Shown piece after piece: positions 53,565 through 64,000 of a stretch of 64,000 bases of DNA. The DNA lies in assembly GCA_050084985.1 (NCBI GenBank), contig JBITNC010000002.1, positions 34,162,001-34,226,000 on the forward strand. Reading direction: 5' to 3'. Positions within the stretch are counted from its first letter, which is position 1. The number at the start of each line of letters is the position of its first letter. This DNA is from Nageia nagi. Its lineage: Eukaryota; Plantae; Pinophyta. Below the pieces are notes generated by a model. It made no database searches, was not told the DNA's origin, and was given only the letters and a program-made list of their open reading frames with translations. A program made the translations under genes and the position numbers.

Positions 53565-55617
53565 TTTAATTTCAGAAAAACATAATCAATGATGAGGTTC
53601 GCAATATAACAAGCCCAAACTCTCCTCAAACCACCATACAAAGAAAAATACATTTTCTATCCTATATGATTATGAAAAATGAAGTTTAGGAATATTTTTC
53701 TATTACATATACATTTTAAAGTACATATAACTATCCTTGAAAATGTTAAATAATTTAAATGGATAATTAATATGTAAGGAAAAAATAGAGTATGATACTG
53801 AACATGAAATGTTGATTTTATGCTTTGAGATGTTGATATTATTAGTATGTTTACTTAAAAAATAAGAATTACTTTGTTATAATATTTATAGTTTGAGGAA
53901 TTGAACTCTTCAAACTATAAGCTATAAATATTAATATGAGGTAGTATTGGTTTGTGTAGATTTTTTAAAATTTTATTTTTTTTTAATGAATATTAGATTT
54001 ATCCATTAATTTAAAAAAATTTGAAGAATGGAAATTTTTTGGGTCATATAGCTATTGAGCATAGTATGACTGAATTTCTTATTACTTTTGAACTTGATGT
54101 CCTCAATGTTGGGCTTGTCTTAGAAAGGTCATCTCTTGCTCTCCAATTTCATCAAATGTGCCCATGAGATGAGTTTTATTAACACCTTATTTGCTTTCAA
54201 TATTTCAACTCTGATTATAGTTTTCATAATCCATAACATTTATAAGATTTATAAATAAAAAAATTTCAATTGAGGAGTAAAATATTACAAAATAATGGTT
54301 GAAGTATCTCTGTAAGTAATGAAATAAAATAAGTTTGTCTGTATGCACCATTGACTTATAATTCTTAGTTGAGTTAAGAATTATACATAATTTAATTAAG
54401 CACCTAAATTAAATCTCTAGTTGTGTAGGAAGATGATAAAGACTTGATCTCTTGTATAGGTAATTTGAAGTTCTAAAACTCTTTCAAGATTAAATACATG
54501 TTATATGCAAGCAATTTTCCTAGCCCACCATCTTATAAATCAAGTTAGTCCGATGTTAATATAGTTTCACCTTTTATTGATCTATATCATAAAGAAATAA
54601 AAAAATATAGATGACCTGTAATCCAAAAAAATCATAAATGAATAAATTTTTAAAATATACTATAAACATTAATAGATGCACTCACAACTTAATGAAAATA
54701 AAGGTTCAACAAAAAGATTATATTATGAAATAGATCGTAAAATGAGATTTACAAAATTCATTGGTGCAACAATAATTATAAAAGGTGAATTATTTTATAT
54801 TTTGAATAATAATTTATTATATATTAAAATGAAAGGTTATACGATGAAAATTCTAAAGTATGATAATTAATATGATGAAATAAATCTTGAAGTATATTTT
54901 TTATATATAATATATTATTTTATTATGAAAAAAGGTAAAATTTATAATATAAAGAATATTATATAACTAAATAATATAATTCATCACTACAACTAAAAAA
55001 AATACCTTTCATATGAACCATTTACTATTTTAAGAACATATATTTAAAAAAAAATATTTAAATGACGTAAATCTTTTCTTAAAAGAAAACACACATATAT
55101 ATATATATATATATAATAATATCAAGATGCATTTAAAATTTTCAGTTAATTGTTTTAAGTATTTAATTTTATTTTTTTAACCAAAACACATTTAAAAAAA
55201 AATTAATAAACTGAAAACACTTTTAGCCTCTTTCATATCAATCATTTTATTTGACTCAAGTACTGATCGCATGGAAATATTAAATTAAATTATTCTTAAT
55301 GCTCATATTAGCAAGGTGGCCACGAATGTCTTTTGCTGGAAGCCCTGGAGTCACTAGCATCGAAGATTTTCCACCGCTGATCAACTCTTCAATCCAGGGC
55401 TCTGAATTCACTACAGTATAAGCGTGATCTGAAAAGCAAAACCAAAATAAATAGAGAACAATAAATGGAGAGCAGAATTCCTAGGCTTTTATGTCAAATT
55501 CAGAGATGAAAGCAGGTATATTAGATTTGTTGGAGTATTAACTTTGGATCTATCTCTCGAATGCTTCTTTTCTTTTTCTTTTTCATTGTAATCATTTTTG
55601 GCATGCCCATTCTATTG

Positions 55618-57396
55618 ATGGAAGGTGGTGGTGGAATTGACAGCAGCCCTCCAAGGGATATCCTCTCATTAAATGTGGACGTAGTGGATGTTGATGACAA
55701 TTTCATTCTCCAGTCTAATGGAGATCCACATCCAAATGCAAATGAAGATAAATATGAAGATATAGCAAAAAGTTCTTCTCTGGTCTTGGAGGAGCACAGA
55801 TCGGTACTGAATCTGAGAAGGGTGTTGTCTGTGAAGGAGTTTTTAAGATTGCAGGGAAAATGTCCCTGGCAGATTACTTTACAGCTTACAGTGCATATTA
55901 TTCCAAACACCACAACACATTCTGCAATCTGAGAATGCAAACCAAAGACAAGACATGGATGGGCTGGATAATATTGGAAAACAAAACCATATGACGAATA
56001 CATCTGATTCTGGTAGTGCTGCTAAACAAGTTAGGGTTTAGGCAATAGTGGTGTTCTGCTGGAAGGTTGTTATAATATGAGGTCTCAGATTTTGGATTAC
56101 AAGATTGAGCAAAACCAGAAACATGTGCCGCATGTTTCATCCATGAATGGTTTCCCCAATAGCCTTGACTTGATGAATATACCTTACTACATTCCTGAAG
56201 AGCTTTCCATGAATATGAATGGTAATATTGGGATTAGTAATACTCTGTCTAGTAAAAGGCTTGTGAAGCGCTCCAATAGAGGGCAGAAGAGGCCCAATGT
56301 GATAAAGGGGCAGTGGACTGCTGAAGAAGACAGGTGAGGGAATAGTAATATTTTGTTACAGTTATCTTATAGATTAATCTTGATCTCCGTGAATGTTGAT
56401 AATGGTATTACAAGAATTATATTATTGTTGTTAGTGTTGTTATACTGAACATACATTTGATGTGGTTGCAGGTTGCTTGTTCAGCTGGTAGAAAAGTATG
56501 GTTTGAGAAAATGGTCGCAGATTGCGCAGATGTTGGCAGGTCGAGTGGGAAAGCAGTGCCGAGAAAGGTGGCACAATCATTTACGCCCTGATATCAAGGT
56601 TATCATTTTTCTTCTTCTTACTATTATTGATCTTACTCATCTCTAAAGAATGATGATGAGGTCTGTTTGTATGTTTGACTCATGATTTACACGTTTGGAA
56701 AGTTGAATGATGAAGTTTGTTTGTATGTTTGTCCAAATTCTCATAGGAATAATACTTATGTTTTTTTTCTTTTTTGGCAGAGAGATATATGGACTGAAGA
56801 AGAAGAAACTATAATTGTCAAGGCCCATGGAGACTTAGGCAACAAGTGGGCGGAGATTGCCAAACGCCTTCCGGTAGAACCGAAAATGGCATCAAAAATC
56901 ACTGGAATGCCACCAAACGCAGACAAACTGGGCGTAACAGATCCATAAGAACTTTTGATGGTTCTGTTGATGGCGGTGGCAGCCATAGAAGCTCTATTTT
57001 GCAAGATTACATCAGGAGTTTGAATCTCAAAGAAGAGAAGAAGAAAAAGGAAGAGTTCTCCTCCACACAAGACAATGAGAGTCATAATGTTGCTCACTCT
57101 GGTGGGTCACCCTCGTTTTCCCAGAAACTGGAGAGTAGCAATCCTCTTGGATCTGAACCTCTTCTCATAGAGCCCTATTCTGACTTTAACTTATCGTTTC
57201 TGTTGGATGGTGTCCGAATTGGAGATGGAGATGATGAAGAATACACTAATCCTGATATGTTGTTGGATCAATGTATGGATGAACATAGCCATCGAAAAAG
57301 AGAGATTGACCTCATTGAGATGGTATTTGGACAGCAAACTGATCCTCTAATGAGAAATAATCTCAACATGGCTTCAGCGCCACTCATCAGCACTAA
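55618..57396 (+). pseudogene. Frameshifted duplicate of the MYB98-like gene (exons 55618-56333, 56472-56598, 56781-57396)
   Basis: Relative to copy 1: 13-bp deletion (~55837), 1-bp deletions (~55906, ~56030, ~56874 in R3, ~57360), 48-bp deletion (~56067), and a premature stop at 55930-55932. Confidence 0.88.
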
Positions 57397-60095
57397 CAGT
57401 AATTATTTCTGTACCCTTACAGAAATGAATTTTATTGGAGTTTGTTTATCGCCTTGCTGGAATACAAGCGCCACAAATAGTATAATGATAATGTTTAATC
57501 AATTTAGTGCTGTAAGAGTTCAAGATTGTTCATTATGTTCACATCCTGATTTTGCTGCATGTTTCAAAATATACCTGATTTGCTCTTATCCTGAAAAAGT
57601 TTTGAAAGAGCATAATTAATTTCACAGACGTTTGTTAGACCGAAATATTAACTAAATAGATTTCTGATTTTTTATGCATAACAGAAATGTAATGACTGCA
57701 TAAAAGTGTGAACGAACTGCAAGGCAGACTTTTCAGACACAAATTGGCTTCTACTGTTTAGTTAATAATTTGATAGGTTTTAAAAGTCGGGCAATAGTTC
57801 TAAATATTTTCAGAAATTAAGTAATTTAACCAGTGACTATGGATATATAATATAGCCCTAATTCTCTCATTGTATTTTATTGTACCTGTTTTGTCGATTG
57901 CTTTTGTTTAAAATGTTTTGCTATTGTTGGAGAAGCTTTACAAGGTACAGATTTTTCTGGTTGTTGGTTGAGTTGATCATATATTAGATCTTGCTGCCTT
58001 TCTGTTTCATGTTCAAATCTTATTACCAAATATACATGCTATGTAATAACTTACTACAATAATCTCATAGATTGAAGCTCCAGTAAAAATTATTATACTT
58101 TATCTTTTACCTATGATATGGTTCACTGATTATGTCAATATCTATTTGTGAATTTGAAGTTGTGGTGCAACCTGAATTTGATTTATCTGTGCTTTACTGG
58201 TTGTCTCAGGATATGTTCTACTAGAGATGGTTTTAGAGAGTACTTTTATACTTTTATCTTGTTCCCCCATTCAATCATTATGTGATTGATCTTATTAATA
58301 ATTAAAGTTGTGCTTTTCAAGATCTTCATTTGTTGTGATATTTGCATTTTGTAAGTTTTTGTTTCGCATACATTTATCCCACTTGTTCACTGTTGTGGTC
58401 CCACTTCTGTGTGGATTGATATGGTTTTCGATTGTTTCGGATTAGGACCAATCCAGCTCTCAGATGATATTCAAAATTTGCTATATTCATCTATGCATTT
58501 TATTTCAAAAGTTGCTATGTTCAAAATATTTCAAAAGTTTCTATATTCATCACATGATGATGCTGATATGGCCTTGTTGGTCAGTATATATTTATGTATT
58601 TTTTCAAGTATTTTGAAATTAAAATTTGATTTGTTTCACGTACAGGATACAAGTTCGATACTGATCGGGAATTCAATAAGCTACAGTTTGCATATTTTCC
58701 TGGATCTAGACCACCTATGACTCCTTTTCAGAACTAATTATCTTGTTTCGCTTGGTAAAGCTTAGAATCTAGGCTTGAAATGATTACCTGACCCAAAATG
58801 ACAGGTGCAAATAGCAATGGTGATATGCAAAATAAATAAATCATAGGATTGTTCTGAATAACAACTTTTTATTTTTAACTATTGGCTAACTTGCTGCAGT
58901 TGTAGCCTAAAATTTGTGTACTGAACATGTCATCTAACATGATTGAAGTTATTTTGTATATTAGATAACACTAAAAAAGTTGGCTCACAGTTTGATGTTA
59001 GTGACATTTATGACATGAGTGAGTATTCTGTCCTAATGTTCCTGCATTTTATCATAGACAGGATTTGGCTTGGGTTCTTTCATTGTCTATTTAGACAACT
59101 CATATTACTTGCCTTTTGGCACTATTTGTATCTTTACTTGACTTATTTTATTGAAGGATTCAATATTTTATGGGAAATGTATCGCTTGTTAGAATCTGAA
59201 TAGTGGGAGCAATTTTTCTTTTTGTGATCAAAATGCAAGTTACTTGTGAAGCGATCAAAGCATTACTGAATAATATCAAGGATGTCAAAGTGTTAAATAT
59301 GTGAATAAGTTTTTTTACTTCTGCTGCTCATGCATGTTGATCTCTTACGTTATCTTTCAGTTAAATTCAATCATATATTTTGGGGGTATATATTGTAAAT
59401 CTTCAGCTTATATACCTTAAATCAACCAATCAAGATTAAAGTCATCCTGTTGATTCTATACATTACCCTAAAGTGATATATGCCCAAAATATGTAATGAA
59501 TTTGGTTGAAGAATAACCTTCTACTTTTTAAATTGCTTCTTCCTTCTATTTAGGCATTCATAATAGAAATTGCAGAGATGATCAAAGTTACGAAATTGTG
59601 CATGTGATATAGAACTAGTTCTTTATCTCTTCTCAAACTTTGGTAAGTGGAGCTCTGTGACTTTGGAGCTTTAATGAGGTGACCTGTTTTCTACATGAGG
59701 TGATTTACAGACGTACTGTAGTTTTGTTTTCATGATGATATGAGTGGTAACTAATTATTTATTACTATTTGAATTTTTTTGTACGTGGTATTATTCTCTA
59801 TGCATAAGCTCTTACTCTTAAGAGACTTATTGTCTCTTTGTGTTTGAAGTTGTAGTATCGTTGAATGCTTAGATAAGACAAATAGTGCGCTCTTTGACAT
59901 AGCGCTACCTCCAGAAAATATAACTTCATGCATTCCCAAATTTCAGGTAGCTTACAATCTAGCAAGATATTATATGGATTATACTGATGTTAGAAATCGG
60001 TACGCTTTAACCTTCCATTAATGACTTGTTTAATGTAAGATGTTTCTTCAGTTAACACAAGGAATTTGTATCTTATATAGCAAATGTGTAAATAA

Positions 60096-60203
60096 TGTTA
60101 ACATAGTACCTGCAAATATCACATAAACTCCAAATTATATCGCTTTAGCTGCCCAAAACTGAATACGTCAACAGAACTGATATTTGCAGGTACTATGTTA
60201 ACA
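60096..60203. repeat. Perfect 26-bp inverted repeat, copy 2 of the 35178-35289 hairpin
   Basis: tgttaacatagtacctgcaaatatca (60096-60121) pairs with tgatatttgcaggtactatgttaaca (60178-60203). Confidence 0.9.
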
Positions 60204-62984
60204 ATCAAATGCCTCGAAAGTTTGTACTTTTTTGAAATGGGAACATGACTTGTCTATGGTTGGGAATCAGCCAATACATTCCATTTGTTATTAGAGTATG
60301 GAAGCATTGGTTACAGTATGCAGATCCCACCTACTGAAAGAATGGAGTTGAATTGGTCTTTACTTATTACATAATCACAGATGACATTGGACTCGGATGT
60401 TGTGAAAAACTCAAAATTGACCTGCCAAGATCTAATTGGTCTATTTATTAGATAATCACAGACGACACTGGGGTCAAAGTTATGTGTAAAATTGTTTATC
60501 ATGTTGAGAAGGTTAGGCGGTTCCCTTCTTCAAGCCTGAAAAAAGCATTTTGTAACAGGTTTTTGTTTGGGAAAGCAATAAATAGAGACACTCGAGACGA
60601 TTTATTTTTTGTGTCTTACCACTGTATTATAACCTTACAATTACTTTTATCCCAACCAAACTTAGATTCGGCCCGTTTTAATTACATGCGTTAATGCCTT
60701 GACTGTAACAGTCATGCAATAGTATCATCATAATGAATGAACATGATATAACCCTAGAAAGAGATTTATAAATTTTATTTTTTAATTTTGTTTATATATT
60801 ATATAAGATAGATGATATATTCTTTGTATTATGATTATTGAATACAAAAATATTATTATACACTCATTTAGAAATTATATAAAATTGTTAAAATAATTTT
60901 ATTTTTAATAGTGGTGGGTTTAGCTATAATTGATATTTTGTTATTAATAATTAATGATTTTGATTATAATGGATGATGATTTATTTCTTTTAATATATTT
61001 TTATAAAAAATAAGATTTTGAACATGATCACCTAAATGTATACTTAAAAAAGAGTAAAAAGATTAATGCTCTCCACAAGTTGAATTATCTAAAACTTCCA
61101 AAATCATTCTTTTTACATCTAATATTGTTTGTGAACAATCCCCTTAGGTTGAAAAGGATATTGACCTTGTATATGAAAAAAATTAAAATAATAAAATATT
61201 ATATGTGCCATATAACAATATTGAGTGATGGTTGAAGTTTTAATCTATTTTATATTTGATCCATAATAAAATATATTTTATATTTAAATATAAATAATAA
61301 AAATATTTAACCTTTGCATAGTATAATTTTTTTTTATAAAACCATATTATTTTCAAGGAAAGTTACCCTTTAGTTTGATGCGCAACAATATCTTTTTTTT
61401 ATCAAGTTCACCTAAGACTTTAGCTAGCTAGGATATCTTTTTTGTCAAATTCACCTAGGACTTACCTGATGTGACTGTACCCATATGCATTAAGCCTAAG
61501 CGAGAGATTTGAACTTGGACCTCTTTCATGAGAGATTTAATGTAGTATAATATTTAGGCTTGGTATCCTTGTTAAAACAATTTTTTTAATAAAATATTTG
61601 ATAGAACATATATATCATTTAGTTAAATGTAAGAAATAAGTATTTTTAAATAAATAAATAAAAAGGAAAAAGCATTTAGACCTATGTAAACATAATGTAA
61701 AATAATATTAGAAAAAACTACTTATAAAAGTGACAATTGAATCTTAAATTGATATAAATAATTAGAAGTGTTATTTAAAAAAAAAATTATTTCCCCTTTA
61801 AACATGGAAGATACATTAAAGATCATAATATTACCCAAAAGAATATTTTGTCTATGCATGATATTAAAAAGCTACAAAAAGGGAAGGCCAAAGACATTGA
61901 AAGATATGAAATAAAAATTAATAAAAAAAATAGAAGCTCTACCCTTCCCCCTTACATTCAAACCCTTTTCAACACCTCTCTTAAAGAAGATTTTTTCAAG
62001 GTCATGTGTAAGGAAATTTGACAAAATGAAATAAATAAATTAATGGTGAAATGATTTTAAAATTTTAGCAATTTTATCCCAAAATACTTTACAAGTAATG
62101 GTAGTAATATAATTTTTAAAGAATTGATTTATAAAGAATTATCCACTTGATATTTTTTTCTAAAAAATGTTAAAAATTATAGGTGACTTCAAAATTTTAG
62201 TTTAAAATTTATAATTTAACTAAAACAATATTTTCAAATAAAGATTACAATAGAAACCATATGTCTTACAATCTTTACAATTGGATATGAATCCATTACT
62301 TAATGTATAATATCGAAAAAAATATTTACAAGCACCTTGAGATTAGTATTATTAGTGACAATAGGAAAGAGATTCCTAACACCTTGAGATTAAGCACTTG
62401 AACTCTTTTATGGATAATGGTTGGAGATTTGAGAATATAACACCTTGTTTCTCTCTTTACACCAGTGAGTCATAGCAATGTTATGCTCAAGACTATGGAC
62501 CCCCACTTGTTTCTCAACTTAAACTCTAAATATTTGTTGAGTTGTTCATATTCAAATACTAGTTTTACAAAAATAACATTTGAAACAAATGAAGTATTAA
62601 TTTCTAAACCACAAATTGAAATGATTACATTGTGAGTGCAGGCAAAGGGAGGTTAGAAGGCTAAGGTGAAGGGAAGGAACTCCTTCATATTTTAGAAAGG
62701 ATTCTAAATGCATATTCAATAAAATTCTAATAGTACACAACATTGGATAGATTTCATATTTGGAATTCATTTTCATAATATGATGGAACTCCATTCCGTA
62801 TTTACTATTCATCATTAGATGGATCTAAGTTAACTCTTAAACAGTTGATAACTTGAATGCAAATATGAAATCATACTAGCTATTTATAAAAAAGTTCTTA
62901 TTCATTAAAATATGTGAAATATATTTTAACATTCTTAAAATATCATTTTTGTCCAGATGTTAGGTATAACTACACTAAATATTA

Positions 62985-63510
62985 GAAGATGATCATTTGC
63001 TAAGCATAGAGACAAGAATCTATTTCTACCAAGATGAATATTTAGTTATAACAAAGATGAACATTTATTCTTTATCAAGATGAGCAACTTCTAATTATGA
63101 ATACTTATTATTGAGATGATCTATCCCTTATGAGCATACATGTATCTTCATATTGAGTAGATACTTATCTTCATTATGAATGGATGGTCATATTCATTAG
63201 AAGAAGACACTCACCTTAAAAAAGAATAGATGCTTTTCTTCATTAGAATCATATGATCATCTTGGTAAGGAGCATATGCCCATATTGATAAGGAGTAGAT
63301 TCTCATATTGATAAGGATCACATGCTCATCTTAATAAGGAGCAGATGCTTATATTGATAAGAAGAAGATACTCATCTTGATAAGGAGCATATGCTCATCT
63401 TGTTAGGAAGCATACACTCATCTTCATTAGAACCAAATTATTGTCTTAGTAAGAAGTATATTCTCATCTTGATAAGGAGCATACACTCATCTTGGTAATT
63501 AAGGAGCAAA
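62985..63510. repeat. 23-bp minisatellite present in both orientations
   Basis: ttgataaggagcagatgctcatc about 10 times at 63260-63510; reverse-complement units (gatgagca...ttatcaa) at ~62985-63110. Confidence 0.8.
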
Positions 63511-64000
63511 CACAAATCTTTATAAATAGAATCATGATAGAAATTCAATAAACATAGCATGCTTTTCATGTATTCTTAGTTAATACATATTAAATATATT
63601 CTAAGGTTTCTTCAACTATAAAATCTCATTCATTTCTCTATTTTTTTATGTTACATATGTCATTCTATCTTTGATTTCTTTCTCATGTATCCTTTCATTC
63701 TATTCTTTTTTGAAACTTTTCCAACATCTTCTTGAATACAATAATATCATCCTTTGTAACTCACTTCTCCAATGATGAATGTCCTATTTATTCAAAACAA
63801 TACTCAATTAAAAAAATTATGATAAATACATTTTTCAAAAAATTTTCTAACTCTCAGTTATGATATATCATGGGTAAGGGATTCTAGTCTTCTTAGAACT
63901 GCATTCATGAGCACATTTAATATTGATTTTGGCTTGATGGACATGATTACTTCCAAATATAACCATAAAATATATGAGATTTAAAGATATAAGATTTTTA

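Larger units (their letters stand above)
47990..64000 (+). repeat. Segmental duplication, copy 2 (runs to the window end)
   Basis: Collinear with 23245-40203. Confidence 0.95.

Noticed and set aside
56846-57619. 257-aa ORF as a separate gene
   Set aside because: It is MYB exon 3 of the pseudogene, entered after one frameshift and extended into the 3' UTR by another.
47990-64000. Duplication as a falsely duplicated haplotype
   Set aside because: The TE parts are far too diverged and there are multiple copy-specific kb-scale indels. A read-depth check would still be the formal test.

Overview
Very AT-rich plant nuclear DNA, probably from a seed plant and possibly a gymnosperm. Its transposons are heavily decayed by C>T/G>A changes. 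The only clear host gene is a 3-exon R2R3-MYB of the MYB98/MYB64/MYB119 (subgroup 25) type at ~30.6-32.5 kb. It sits in a ~25-kb tandem segmental duplication (from ~23.25 kb, repeated from ~48.0 kb to the window end). The second copy (~55.6-57.4 kb) is frameshifted, and a much older exon-1 remnant lies at ~3.3 kb. The rest is mostly mobile DNA: an L1-type LINE (5.9-11.7 kb), a decayed Rep/PIF1 helicase fragment whose motifs fit Helitron2/Helentron (HLE2) rather than canonical plant Helitrons (12.2-13.9 kb), two Tat-type gypsy remnants (one split by a full-length nested chromovirus at 16516-22478), LTR fragments, SINE/RTE remnants and two tRNA pseudogenes. The most unusual structures are: (1) a 1.6-kb insertion present in only one duplicate, with HLE2-type termini, a perfect 67-bp foldback of its 3' end and a two-exon cargo; (2) hierarchical tandem arrays built from a captured PPR E/E+ (RNA-editing factor) fragment; (3) an intron-bearing tRNA-Ile(UAU) pseudogene next to a tRNA-Leu half. 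All comparisons were made by eye; no searches were run.
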